Below are positions 18,663-29,569 of a stretch of 64,000 bases of DNA, piece by piece. The notes under the pieces are model-generated. The model was not told the DNA's origin. It did no database searches and saw nothing but the letters and a program-made list of their open reading frames with translations. Source of the stretch: an uncultured delta proteobacterium (lineage in GTDB: Bacteria; Desulfobacterota; Binatia; UBA9968); assembly GCA_963745035.1 (NCBI GenBank), contig CAVUVW010000013.1, forward strand, positions 160,001 through 224,000. The letters are read 5' to 3'. Position 1 is the stretch's first letter; each line of letters opens with the position of its first letter. Made by a program: the position numbers and the translations under genes.

Positions 18663-20909
18663 ATGAAAAAGGCGATCGTCATCGTTCTTGTGCTGGCTGC
18701 GATCGTTGCCGGCGCCGTGCTCCTGCCCGTGCGCCAATGGTTCATGGAATTTGAGAGCTATGTGAAATCGCTGGGCGCCATCGGCCCGGTAGCGGTGGTG
18801 TTGGTATATGTTCTTTGCACGGTGCTTTTCATCCCGGGGAGCGCAATCACGATCGGCGCGGGAACATTGTTCGGCCTAAAGACCGGCTTTGTCGTCGCCG
18901 TGCTGGGCGCCAATCTCGGCGCGCTCTGTGCGTTTTTACTGGCGCGCACTTTCTTGCGGGAAAAAGTGGCCACCTGGGCCACAGCGAATCCGAAGTTTCG
19001 CTCGCTCGACCACGCAATCGGCGGCCAAGGTTTCAAAATGGTGCTGCTCACGCGTCTGAGCCCGGTTTTCCCATTTGTTTTGCTGAACTATTTTCTCGGC
19101 CTGACCGCCGTTCGCGCCGGCTCGTACGTTCTGGCCAATCTGCTGGGCATGCTGCCGGCGACATTTCTCTTTGTGTACATCGGCGCGGCGGCGCGCGACG
19201 CCATCGCCGGACAACCAGATGCGACGGCCGATTTCTATCGAGAGATGCTGAAATACGTTGGTTTGGCCGCCACCGTTGCCGTCGTCGTGATCGTGACGCG
19301 GATCGCACGCAAAGCTTTGCGGGAGGCCGAGCAGGCGCAGGAAGGCAGTGTGGGCTCGGAAAAACCCCGCCTCGATGAAAACTTTCAACCGATACGATTC
19401 GACAAGATGGTGCTCGCCGGCGATGCGCATGACAGACAATTGGTCGAAAATTGCCATCCAACGGGGCGGGTCAACCCGTCGCCGTCGGGAAGGTACAATC
19501 TGGTCGTGATCGGCGGCGGCACGGCGGGATTGGTGAGCGCCGCGGGCGCCGCCGGTCTTGGCGCGAAAGTGGCGCTGATCGAGCGCAATCTCTTGGGCGG
19601 CGATTGCCTGAACGTCGGCTGCGTGCCGTCGAAAGGGGTGATTCGCGCGGCGCGCGCGGCGCACGACGCCGGCAACGGCGCCGCATTCGGCGTGAAATCG
19701 GCGGGCGAAGCCGAATTCGACTTTGGCGCCGCCATGGAGCGGATGCGCAAACTCCGCGCCGGGATCAGCGAGCACGATTCGGTCGAACGTTTCACCAAGC
19801 TCGGCGTCGACGTGTTTCTCGGCAACGGCCGCTTTGCAGGTCCGAACGCCATCGAAGTCGACGGCAAGAAGCTGCAATTCGCTCGCGCCGTGATCGCGAG
19901 CGGCGCGCGCGCGGCCGAGGCGGCGATCCCAGGTCTGAGCGAGAGCGGATTCTATACCAACGAAACGATTTTCACGCTGACGGAATTGCCTCGACGTTTC
20001 GCGGTCATCGGCGCCGGTCCCATCGGCTGCGAGCTGGCGCAGAGCTTTCAGCGCTTTGGCAGCGAAGTCGCGTTGATCACCGACGGCTCAGAGATTCTGC
20101 CCAAAGAGGATCGCGACGCGGCAACGATCGTGCGCCGGCAGATCGAGAAAGACGGCGTGCGCGTTCTTACCGCCGCGAAGGTTCAACAAGTAAGAGCCGA
20201 AGGGAATACGAAGAGTTTGTCGCTGAGCGCCGGCGATCGGGCTTTGGAGATCGACTGCGATGCCATTCTCGTTGCCATCGGGCGCACGCCGAATCTGGAG
20301 AATCTCGGTTTGGACGAGGCAGGAGTGCGTTACAACGCTCGCGGCATCGAGGTGGACGCACGGCTGCGCACGACTAACCGGCGCATTTTCGCCGCCGGCG
20401 ATGTCTGCTCGCGCTACCAGTTCACCCACGCCGCCGACGCGATGGCGCGCATCGTCATCGCCAACGCGCTGTTCATGGCGCGGCGCAAGGTGACGGACCT
20501 CATCATTCCATGGTGCACTTACACCGATCCGGAGATCGCGCACGTCGGTTATTACGAGAAAGACGCGCGCAACGCGGGCTTCTCTGTGGAGACGATTACA
20601 GAGTACTTAAGTCGCGTGGACCGAGCTGTTCTCGACGGCGAAAGCGACGGCTTTGCGCGGGTGCACTACGATAAAAAGTCCGGCAAAATTCTTGGTGCGA
20701 CCATCGTAGCCCGCCATGCCGGTGAAATGATCAGTGAGTTGACCCTGGCGATCGGCGCCAAGCAGGGGATCGGTGTGCTATCCTCGACCATTCATCCGTA
20801 TCCCACGCAGGCCGAAGTGCTGCGCAAAATCGGCGACGCCTACATGCGCGCCAAGCTGACGCCGGCGGTGAAGAAAGTTTTCGGCAAATGGTTGGAGTGG
20901 CGACGATGA
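18663..20909 (+). CDS. Fusion of a TVP38/TMEM64 (VTT/DedA) membrane domain and a flavoprotein disulfide reductase (MerA/LpdA-like)
   Basis: N-terminal LLTRLSPVFPFVLLNY; GGGTAG, GGDCLNVGCVPSK, GAGPIGCE, IHPYPTQAE. Confidence 0.88.
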   Translation: MKKAIVIVLVLAAIVAGAVLLPVRQWFMEFESYVKSLGAIGPVAVVLVYVLCTVLFIPGSAITIGAGTLFGLKTGFVVAVLGANLGALCAFLLARTFLREKVATWATANPKFRSLDHAIGGQGFKMVLLTRLSPVFPFVLLNYFLGLTAVRAGSYVLANLLGMLPATFLFVYIGAAARDAIAGQPDATADFYREMLKYVGLAATVAVVVIVTRIARKALREAEQAQEGSVGSEKPRLDENFQPIRFDKMVLAGDAHDRQLVENCHPTGRVNPSPSGRYNLVVIGGGTAGLVSAAGAAGLGAKVALIERNLLGGDCLNVGCVPSKGVIRAARAAHDAGNGAAFGVKSAGEAEFDFGAAMERMRKLRAGISEHDSVERFTKLGVDVFLGNGRFAGPNAIEVDGKKLQFARAVIASGARAAEAAIPGLSESGFYTNETIFTLTELPRRFAVIGAGPIGCELAQSFQRFGSEVALITDGSEILPKEDRDAATIVRRQIEKDGVRVLTAAKVQQVRAEGNTKSLSLSAGDRALEIDCDAILVAIGRTPNLENLGLDEAGVRYNARGIEVDARLRTTNRRIFAAGDVCSRYQFTHAADAMARIVIANALFMARRKVTDLIIPWCTYTDPEIAHVGYYEKDARNAGFSVETITEYLSRVDRAVLDGESDGFARVHYDKKSGKILGATIVARHAGEMISELTLAIGAKQGIGVLSSTIHPYPTQAEVLRKIGDAYMRAKLTPAVKKVFGKWLEWRR

Positions 20910-20928
20910 AGAAAGCGAGGAGTGAAGG

Positions 20929-21786
20929 GTGAGGAGTGAGAAGTTTTCGCTGCGAAGAGCATCCATTCTATTTCTGGCGATCATAACGATTTTATATGGC
21001 GCTTCGGCGCGGGCGGCGCCGAAGGCGGAGCTCTGGGCGCGCTGGCAAAAGCACGATCCGGCGAGCCGGCAAAAAATCAACCATGGCGACTGGGACCGGT
21101 TTCTCAAGCAGTATGTCGTCACGGCCGATCCGTCGGGCATTTACCGCGTGCGCTACCATGCGGTCACGGTGGAAGATCGCAAAATTCTGAAAGGCTACCT
21201 GCAGGCCATGCAGGCGGTCGCCGTCTCGAACTACAGCCGCGCCGAACAACAGGCGTACTGGATCAATGTGTACAACGCCGCGACCGTGGACGTGATCTTG
21301 AGCCGTTTTCCGGTGGCTTCGATCCGCGACATCAATATTTCACCGGGACTTTTGGCGCGCGGGCCCTGGGGCGCGAAACTATTCTCGGTCGAAGGCGAGA
21401 GGCTCTCCCTCGACGATATCGAGCACCGCATCCTGCGGCCGATCTGGAAAGACAGTCGGCTTCACTACGCGCTCAACTGCGCGAGCCTGGGCTGTCCCAA
21501 CCTGCAAGCCGAAGCATACACCGCCGACAATACCGAGGCTCTGCTCGAACGCGGCGCGCGGGAGTTTATCAACCATCCGCGCGGCGTCGCGATTCAAAAG
21601 GGCCGGCTCCAGGTCTCGAGCATCTACGTTTGGTTTCAAGAAGATTTCGGCGGCGACGCGGAAGGTTTGATGGAGCATTGGCAGCAGTATGCCAATCCCC
21701 GGCTCGCCGACGCCTTGGAAAAATACAGCGGCGGTCTGGCGCATGATTATGATTGGCGGCTAAACGGCGTCGAGATCCCCAAGTAG
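20929..21786 (+). CDS. DUF547-domain exported protein
   Basis: AYWINVYNA, LSLDDIEHRILRP, RLHYALNCASLGCP, SSIYVWFQEDFG, YDWRLN. Confidence 0.88.
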   Translation: MRSEKFSLRRASILFLAIITILYGASARAAPKAELWARWQKHDPASRQKINHGDWDRFLKQYVVTADPSGIYRVRYHAVTVEDRKILKGYLQAMQAVAVSNYSRAEQQAYWINVYNAATVDVILSRFPVASIRDINISPGLLARGPWGAKLFSVEGERLSLDDIEHRILRPIWKDSRLHYALNCASLGCPNLQAEAYTADNTEALLERGAREFINHPRGVAIQKGRLQVSSIYVWFQEDFGGDAEGLMEHWQQYANPRLADALEKYSGGLAHDYDWRLNGVEIPK

Positions 21787-21869
21787 AGAGAGATGGAATC
21801 GGAACCGGATGATTCACCAAAAAGGCACGAAGAGCACGAAGTTGTAGGGCGAACCAACAGCGCTCGGCG

Positions 21870-22547
21870 ATGAAGATCTCGGTCATCGTTCCTGTTCTCA
21901 ACGAAGAAGCGACCATCGCGGCGACGCTGGGCGCGCTGGCGGCGCTCGCGCCTTATGAAGTCATCGTCGTCGATGGCGGCAGCGTCGATCGCACCCGCGA
22001 CATCGCGGCCCGGTCCGGCGGTCAGGTTTTGTCCGCGGAACGCGGCCGTGCCAGGCAGATGAACCGCGGCGCGGCGCGTGCGAGCGGCGAGGTCTTGCTG
22101 TTTCTGCACGCCGACACCCGATTGCCGGATTCGGCTTTCTCGGACATCGCCGCGGCGCTCAACGATCCGCGCTGTCTCGGCGGGCGCTTTGACGTCGAGC
22201 TCGAAGGAAGCCACCGGATGCTCAAGCTCGTCGGCGCGCTGATCAACTATCGTTCGCGCGTCACGAAAGTCGGCACCGGGGATCAGGCAATCTTTCTGCG
22301 GCGCGAAATTTTTTTGCGCATGGGCGGCTATCCCGACATCCCGTTGATGGAAGACATCGCGCTCTGCCGCGCGCTCAAGCGCATGGGCGCGGTCGCCTGT
22401 CTGCGCAGCCGGGTGGTCACTTCGGCGCGGCGCTGGGAGAACGACGGCGTGTGGCGGACCATCGTCCGGATGTGGACGCTCAAGCTTCTCTATCTCGCCG
22501 GGGTCTCGCCCGCGCGCTTGAAGCAATTCTATGCCGACACGCGTTGA
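21870..22547 (+). CDS. GT2 glycosyltransferase, TIGR04283-like (ArsS-associated)
   Basis: ISVIVPVLNEE, VVDGGSVD, GRARQMNRGA, LFLHADT, GDQAIF, PLMED, TSARRW. Confidence 0.9.
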   Translation: MKISVIVPVLNEEATIAATLGALAALAPYEVIVVDGGSVDRTRDIAARSGGQVLSAERGRARQMNRGAARASGEVLLFLHADTRLPDSAFSDIAAALNDPRCLGGRFDVELEGSHRMLKLVGALINYRSRVTKVGTGDQAIFLRREIFLRMGGYPDIPLMEDIALCRALKRMGAVACLRSRVVTSARRWENDGVWRTIVRMWTLKLLYLAGVSPARLKQFYADTR

Positions 22548-23214
22548 CGCCCTGGCCGTCATGGCCAAAGCGCCGGTGCCCGGGCTGGTGAAAACCCGCC
22601 TGGCGCCGCCGCTCACGGCGGAACAGGCGGCCGAGCTCTGCCGCGCGCTGCTGCTGGATCAGCTCGAGCATCTGACGGCGCTTCGAAACGCCGATCTGTA
22701 TCTCGCTTTTGCGCCGGAAGACGCCGCTTCGATGATGGCGAGCCTGGCGCCGCCGCGCTATCAATGTTTTCCGCAGCGCGGCGATGATCTCGGCGCACGC
22801 ATGGAAAACGTTCTTGCCGAGCTGTGGCGCCGCGGGCACCGCCATGCGCTGCTCATCGGCGGCGACCTGCCGCCGGTGCCGCTGGAGTTTTTCGATCGAG
22901 CGTTTGCGCGCCTGGCGGTCGATCGACATCGGGTGGTTCTGGGGCCGAGCCGGGACGGCGGGTATTATCTCATCGGCATGAACAGACCGGCGCCGCAGAT
23001 CTTTTCCGCCATGACTTGGAGCCACAATCAAGTCCTGGCCGAAACTACCGAGCGGCTTGTCCGCATCGGCATCGATTTTACTTTGCTGCCGGAGTGGTTC
23101 GATGTAGATTGCGCCGCCGATCTGGACCGTTTGCGGGCGTTGAGCGATCCGGCGTTGCGAGCCGCGATGAAGAGGACGCTCGTTTGTCTTAGCGTCGGTT
23201 TCTCACCGGTTTGA
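22531..23214 (+). CDS. TIGR04282/DUF2064-family glycosyltransferase-like protein
   Basis: MAKAPVPGLVKTRL, QRGDDLGARM, IGGDLP, VLGPSRDGGYYLIG, WFDVD. Confidence 0.9.
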   Translation: MPTRVDALAVMAKAPVPGLVKTRLAPPLTAEQAAELCRALLLDQLEHLTALRNADLYLAFAPEDAASMMASLAPPRYQCFPQRGDDLGARMENVLAELWRRGHRHALLIGGDLPPVPLEFFDRAFARLAVDRHRVVLGPSRDGGYYLIGMNRPAPQIFSAMTWSHNQVLAETTERLVRIGIDFTLLPEWFDVDCAADLDRLRALSDPALRAAMKRTLVCLSVGFSPV

Positions 23215-23356
23215 CGACGACATTCGCTGCCACACTCATCTTCCCCGCGCTGTATTAAATGATCGACGCGCTGCTGACCTCGCGGCGCGAAAGTGCTAGA
23301 AGTATTTTTATCAACCCAACCCTTGCGCCGGCGCGCCCGGTGAGACAGGCAGAATT

Positions 23357-25408
23357 ATGAGTCAAGCGATCGATCAGTTGTGCATCAACGCCATCCGCGC
23401 CCTGTCGATGGACGCTGTGCAGCAGGCCAACTCGGGCCATCCCGGGGCGCCCATGGGCCTTGCGCCGGCGGCGTACGTTTTATGGACGCGTTTTCTCAAA
23501 CACAACCCGACAAATCCCGATTGGCCGGATCGCGACCGCTTCGTGCTCTCGGCGGGACATGGATCGATGCTGCTTTACAGCATGCTCCATCTCACCGGCT
23601 ACGATCTGCCGCTCGAACAGATCAAGCAATTTCGCCAGTGGGGGAGCCGCACGCCCGGCCATCCCGAGCGCGAGCTCACGCCGGGGGTGGAGACGACCAC
23701 CGGCCCGCTTGGCCAGGGCTTCGGTAACGGCGTCGGCATGGCGATTGCGGAAGCGCACCTGGCGGCGCGCTACAACCGCCCGGGTTTCGACATCGTCGAT
23801 CACTTCACCTACGGGATCGTCAGCGACGGCGACTTGATGGAAGGCGTGGCATCGGAAGCGGCGAGCCTCGCCGGCCATCTCAAACTCGGCAAGCTCATCT
23901 ATATTTACGACAACAATCGGATCTCGCTTGCCGGCGCGGCCGATCTGAGCTTCACCGAAGATTGCGCCAAGCGTTTCGAGGCCTACGGCTGGCATACGGT
24001 AGCGGTCGACGACGGCAACGACGTCGGCGCCATCGAGCACGCGCTCGGCGCGGCGCGCGGCGAGCGCGCGCGGCCGTCGCTGATCTTGCTGCGCACCCAC
24101 ATCGGCTTCGGCTCGCCGGGCAAACAGGACAGCTTCGAGGCGCACGGCTCGCCGCTCGGTGCCGCCGAAGTCAAAGCGACCAAGGAAAAACTCGGCTGGC
24201 CGGTGGAGCCGCCGTTTTATCTGCCCGATGATGCCTTGGCGTGTTTTCGCGAGGCGGTCGCCGCGGGGCAAAAAGCCGAAGCGGGCTGGAAGGAGCGCTT
24301 CAAAGCGTACAGCGACAAATTCCCAGAGGTCGCCAAGGAATTCGAGCAGGTCACGAGCGGCAAGTTGCCCGCCGGCTGGGAAGAATCGCTGCCGAGCTTT
24401 CCCGCCGACGCCAAAGGGCTGGCGACGCGCGCCGCGTCGGGGAAAATTCTCGCCGCGGTTGCGACCAAACTGCCGCAGTTGATCGGCGGCTCGGCCGATT
24501 TGAACCCATCGACCTTCACCGTGTTGCCGAAGCTCGGCGATTTTGAAAGCCCGGAGCGGACCGCCACCGACCAGCAGGGCGCGGTGGGCGGAGGCTGGGA
24601 TTATGCCGGTCGCAACGTCCACTTCGGCGTGCGCGAGCACGGCATGGGCGCGGCGCTGAACGGTATGGCGGCGCACGGCGGCGTCATTCCCTTCGGCTCG
24701 ACGTTTTTGATTTTCTCCGATTATCTGCGCCCGTCGATCCGCCTGGCGGCGCTGATGGAGCTCGGGGTGATTTATGTTTTCACCCACGACAGCATCGGCG
24801 TCGGCGAGGACGGACCGACGCACCAGCCGGTGGAGCAACTGGCGGCGCTACGCACGATCCCGCGGTTAATTGTCATCCGTCCGGGCGACGCCAATGAAAC
24901 CGCGGTAGCATGGCAGGTGGCGCTCGAAAGCCGCTCCTGTCCGGTCGCGCTGGTGCTCAGCAGACAGAACGTGCCGACCCTGGATCGCAGCCAACTGGCG
25001 CCGGCGGACGGCTTGCGCAAGGGCGCGTACATTTTGGTCGACGCTCCCGGCGGCAAACCGGACGTGATCCTGATCGGCACGGGATCTGAGCTTTCTTTAG
25101 TCGTGGGCGCGAAGGAAAAGCTGGCGGAGAAAAATGTTCGCGCACGGGTCGTGGCGATGCCCAGTTGGGAGCTCTTCGACCAGCAGCCGCAGCCCTACCG
25201 TGAAACCGTGTTGCCGAAGACCGTGCGCGCGCGCCTCGCGGTGGAAGCGGCGCTGCCCCTGGGCTGGCACCGCTACGTCGGCGACGGCGGCGATATTATC
25301 GGCGTGGAGCGGTTTGGCGCCTCGGCGCCGGGCAACGTGGTGATGGAAAAATTCGGCTTTACCGTGAATCACGTCGTCGAGCGCGCGGCTGCGCTGTTGG
25401 GAAAGTGA
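23357..25408 (+). CDS. tkt: Transketolase
   Basis: [49 protein letters not shown]. Confidence 0.97.
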   Translation: MSQAIDQLCINAIRALSMDAVQQANSGHPGAPMGLAPAAYVLWTRFLKHNPTNPDWPDRDRFVLSAGHGSMLLYSMLHLTGYDLPLEQIKQFRQWGSRTPGHPERELTPGVETTTGPLGQGFGNGVGMAIAEAHLAARYNRPGFDIVDHFTYGIVSDGDLMEGVASEAASLAGHLKLGKLIYIYDNNRISLAGAADLSFTEDCAKRFEAYGWHTVAVDDGNDVGAIEHALGAARGERARPSLILLRTHIGFGSPGKQDSFEAHGSPLGAAEVKATKEKLGWPVEPPFYLPDDALACFREAVAAGQKAEAGWKERFKAYSDKFPEVAKEFEQVTSGKLPAGWEESLPSFPADAKGLATRAASGKILAAVATKLPQLIGGSADLNPSTFTVLPKLGDFESPERTATDQQGAVGGGWDYAGRNVHFGVREHGMGAALNGMAAHGGVIPFGSTFLIFSDYLRPSIRLAALMELGVIYVFTHDSIGVGEDGPTHQPVEQLAALRTIPRLIVIRPGDANETAVAWQVALESRSCPVALVLSRQNVPTLDRSQLAPADGLRKGAYILVDAPGGKPDVILIGTGSELSLVVGAKEKLAEKNVRARVVAMPSWELFDQQPQPYRETVLPKTVRARLAVEAALPLGWHRYVGDGGDIIGVERFGASAPGNVVMEKFGFTVNHVVERAAALLGK

Positions 25409-25409
25409 C

Positions 25410-25886
25410 ATGCGCATCGCCATCGGCGCTGACCATGCCGGCTTTGCGTTGAAGCAAGTCCTTGCCGAGCACCTGCGCAAGCGGGGGCACGAGGTGATCG
25501 ATCAGGGCACCGGCAATGCCGATCCGGTGGATTACCCGGACTTCGCCGAGGCGGTGGCGAAGGTTTTACTGGACGGCCGGGCGGAGCGCGGCGTGCTGAT
25601 CTGCGGCAGCGGCGTCGGCGCTTCGGTGGCGGCGAATAAAGTTCCCGGCATTCGCGCCGGGCTGTGCCACGACACCTATTCGGCTCGCCAAGGGGTGGAG
25701 CACGACGACGCCAATTTGCTGGTGCTCGGCGCGCGGGTGATCGGCGTCGAGCTGGCGCGCGAATTGGTGGAGAATTTCCTGGCGGCGAAATTTACCGCAG
25801 AGGAGCGCCATCGCCGCCGAGTGGAGAAAATCGCAAGTCTGGAGCGGCGCTACGGCAAGAGCGGACAAAAGGGAGCAGCGCGATGA
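25410..25886 (+). CDS. rpiB: Ribose-5-phosphate isomerase B
   Basis: [38 protein letters not shown]. Confidence 0.96.
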   Translation: MRIAIGADHAGFALKQVLAEHLRKRGHEVIDQGTGNADPVDYPDFAEAVAKVLLDGRAERGVLICGSGVGASVAANKVPGIRAGLCHDTYSARQGVEHDDANLLVLGARVIGVELARELVENFLAAKFTAEERHRRRVEKIASLERRYGKSGQKGAAR

Positions 25887-28631
25887 ATTCTTTGAAAGAG
25901 CTGAGAGAGCAAGGTCAGTCCATCTGGCTGGATTTTATCCGGCGCAATCTGCTGCGCAGCGGCGAGCTCAAACGCATGGTCGAGGAGGACGGTCTCGGCG
26001 GCGTCACCAGCAATCCGACGATCTTCGAAAAAGCCATGGCCGGGAGCACCGACTACGATGATGCGCTGCGCGAAATTCTCGCCGCCAACCCGCAAATCGA
26101 GATCGGTAAGCTCTACGAGCGGCTGGCCATCGAAGACATCCAGCAAACCGCCGACGTGCTGCGCCCGGTCTATGACGCGACCCGCGGCGACGACGGTTAC
26201 GTGAGCCTGGAGGTGTCGCCCCATCTGGCGCACGACACCGCGGGCACGATCCAGGAAGCCAAGCGCCTGCGCGCGGCGGTGGACCGGCCCAATGTCATGA
26301 TCAAGGTGCCGGCTACTCCGGCCGGCATTCCCGCCATCGAGGAGCTAATCGCCGAGGGGATCAACATCAACGTCACTCTGATGTTCTCGATGGACCACTA
26401 CGAGGCGGTGGCGCGCGCTTACGCCAAAGGCCTGGAGCGCGCCGCCGATCCGTCCAAGATTGCCTCGGTGGCGTCGTTCTTCGTCAGCCGCGTCGACACG
26501 ATGGTCGACAAAGCACTGGAAGCCAACGGCACACCCGAGGCAAAGGCGCTGCTCGGCAAGATCGCCATCGCCAATTCGAAACTCGTCTACCGGCGCTTTC
26601 TGGAAATCTTTCACGGCGAGGGCTTCGCGGCCCTGCGCCAGCGCGGCGCGCGCGTGCAGCGCCCGTTGTGGGCGAGCACGGGAACCAAGAACCCGGCATA
26701 CTCCGACGCGCTTTACGTCGAAAATCTGATCGGCCCGGAAACCGTCAATACGCTGCCGCCCGAGACCTTGAATGCGTTCCGCGATCACGGCAAGGTTCCC
26801 GGCCCGACCGTGAAAGAAAACTTGGCCGAGGCGGAAGAGGCGCTGGGACGTCTGTCACAGCTCGGCATCCATCTCAACGCGATAACCGAAAAGCTCCAGG
26901 AAGACGGCGTGAGCGCTTTTGCCGCGTCGTTCGATCAGTTGATGGCTGCGCTCGAAAAAAAGCGCCAGGCGATGGCCGGCGCGGAGCTCGACGGCTTGGA
27001 ACTGCATTTGGGAAAATATCAGCGCCGCGTGGAGCGGCGGCTCAAAGGATGGCGCGAGAGCCGGTTCGCCAAGCGGCGTGTGGGAAAAGGACCACACCCT
27101 GTGGTCGAGCGAGCCGCAGCCGGAGCTGACCGATCGCCTGGGCTGGCTCGAATTGCCTTCGACCATGGAAAAACAGGCCGCCGATTTGCGCTCCTTCGCC
27201 GAGCAGGTCAAAGCCGACGGCATCAAGCACATCGTGATCCTCGGCATGGGCGGGTCGAGCCTGGCGCCGGAAGTGTTTCAGCAAACCTTCGGCAATGCGC
27301 CGGGCTATCCCGAGCTGCAAGTGCTCGACAGCACGCATCCGGCGGCGGTGAAGACCGTGGAAGCGCGCATCGATCCGGCGCACACGCTGTTTGTCGTGTC
27401 GAGCAAGTCGGGCACGACCACGGAAACCAATTCGTTTTTCTTTTACTTCTGGGAGCGCCTGAAGCAGTTGAAAAGCGATCCCGGCGGCAACTTCGCGGCG
27501 ATCACCGATCCCGGCACACCGCTCGAAACCCTCGCCAAGGAGAGGAATTTCCGGGCAACGTTCAGCGCTCCGGAGGACGTCGGCGGCCGCTACTCGGCGC
27601 TCACGGTATTCGGTTTGGTGCCCGCGGCTTTGATCGGCGTCGATCTCGACGCGCTGCTGACACGGGCGCGGCAGATGAGCGATGCCTGCCGCGCGACTGA
27701 CGGCGAAAATCCCGGTTTGACTCTCGGCGCGGCGTTGGGCGAGCTCACCCTAGCCAAGCGCGACAAAGTGACTTTTCTCTGTTCGCCGTCGCTCGCCGCG
27801 TTTCCCTCCTGGGCAGAGCAGCTCATCGCCGAGAGCACCGGCAAGGAGCGCAAGGGCATCGTGCCGGTTGCCGGCGAGCATTTGGCCTCGCCGGATCGCT
27901 ACGGTGATGATCGCCTGTTTATTTGTCTCCGCTTTGCCGGCGACGAAAACCACGACCTCGATCGTCGCCTGGCGGCGCTCCAGGCCAACGGCCATCCGGT
28001 ACTGCGCATCGACGTGCGCGACAAAAACGATCTCGGCCAGGAGTTTTTCCGCTGGGAGCTCGCGGTGGCGGCGGCGGGCGCGGCCATCGGCATCCATCCC
28101 TTCAATCAGCCCGACGTGCAGCTCGCCAAAGACCTGGCCAAAAAAGCAATGAGCGAGGGCGCCAAGGCCGGCGCCAAGCGCAAAGAGGAAGTTGCCGCCG
28201 CGGATGGCGCGGCCTTGCGCACGGCGCTGACGTCGTGGATGGGAAAGAAAAAGGCGCGCGACTATGTCGCCGTGCAGGCATACATTCAACCGGCCGGGGA
28301 AAACGGCGCAGAGCTGCAAAATATTTGCGCCGCGCTGCAAGAGCGACTCGGCGCGGCGACCACTCTTGGCTTTGGGCCGCGCTTTCTCCATTCGACCGGC
28401 CAGCTCCATAAGGGCGGCTCGAGATCGGTGCTGGTCTTGCAGATCGTCGATCAGCCGGCGGATAATTTAGCCGTGCCGGAAACCAACTACACGTTCGACG
28501 CTTTGATCCAGGCTCAGGCATTGGGCGATCTGGCGGCGCTCAAACAACGCCGCCGACGCGTGCTCCGGATAAATCTCGGCAGTGATACGGCCGGAGGGCT
28601 GCAGCGTTTGCTCGGCGCGCTGCGCGAATAG
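25883..28631 (+). CDS. tal-pgi: Bifunctional transaldolase/glucose-6-phosphate isomerase; frameshift near 27075
   Basis: [39 protein letters not shown], then [37 protein letters not shown]. Confidence 0.92.
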
Positions 28632-28667
28632 TTTGTCGGCGATGACGATCCGACGAAGGAGAAAAGC

Positions 28668-29564
28668 ATGGAACTGGGCATGATCGGGCTCGGCCGCATG
28701 GGCGCTAACATGTCGGAGAGGCTGGTGCGCGCCGGCCATCGGGTGATCAGCTACGATCGCAGCGCGGAGGCGATTCAACGGGTAGTCGACAAGGGCGCGG
28801 TCGGCGCCCATTCGCTCGCCGACTTCGTCAAACAGCTTACTTTGCCGCGGGCGATCTGGCTCATGGTGCCGTCGGGCGACGCGGTGGATCAAACCATCGA
28901 GCAACTGCTGCCGCTCTCCAACGAGGGCGATATCATCGTCGACGGCGGCAACTCCAACTACAAAGATTCGATCCGCCGCGCCGCCAAGTTGTCCGCGCAG
29001 CGCCTGCGCTTCATCGACGCGGGGACCAGCGGCGGCATCTGGGGCTTGGAAAACGGCTACTGCATGATGGTCGGCGGCGAGACCGATGCGGTCGAGCGGC
29101 TGGCGCCGATCTTTACGGCGCTGGCGCCGCCGGACGGCTATCTGCACGTCGGACCGAGCGGCGCCGGCCATTTCGTCAAGATGATTCACAACGGCATCGA
29201 GTACGGTATGATGCAGGCTTACGGCGAGGGCTTCGAATTGTTGAAGGCCTCGCGCTTCGACCTCGATCTGGCGAAAATCGCCCACCTGTGGAATCAGGGC
29301 AGCGTGGTGCGCTCCTGGCTGCTAGAGTTGGCCGAGAACGCTTTTGCGAAAGATGCCAAGCTCGATGCGATCAAAGGGTACGTCGAAGATTCCGGCGAGG
29401 GGCGCTGGACGGTCGAGGAAGCGATCGACAAGAGCGTGCCGGCGCCGGTGCTCATGCTCTCGTTGTTTGCCCGCTTCGCGTCGCGCCAGGACGACTCTTT
29501 TTCGGCCAAGGTCGTGGCTGCCTTGCGCAACGAATTCGGCGGCCATACGGTCAAGCGAGGCTAG
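28668..29564 (+). CDS. gnd: 6-phosphogluconate dehydrogenase, decarboxylating (short form)
   Basis: GLGRMG, DGGNS, GHFVKMIHNGIEYG, DSGEGRWT, LRNEFGGH. Confidence 0.96.
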   Translation: MELGMIGLGRMGANMSERLVRAGHRVISYDRSAEAIQRVVDKGAVGAHSLADFVKQLTLPRAIWLMVPSGDAVDQTIEQLLPLSNEGDIIVDGGNSNYKDSIRRAAKLSAQRLRFIDAGTSGGIWGLENGYCMMVGGETDAVERLAPIFTALAPPDGYLHVGPSGAGHFVKMIHNGIEYGMMQAYGEGFELLKASRFDLDLAKIAHLWNQGSVVRSWLLELAENAFAKDAKLDAIKGYVEDSGEGRWTVEEAIDKSVPAPVLMLSLFARFASRQDDSFSAKVVAALRNEFGGHTVKRG

Positions 29565-29569
29565 GCGGC

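Noticed and set aside
19380-20909. Mercury resistance (merA) call
   Set aside because: No C-terminal Cys-Cys, no NmerA domain, and no merR/merT/merP nearby.
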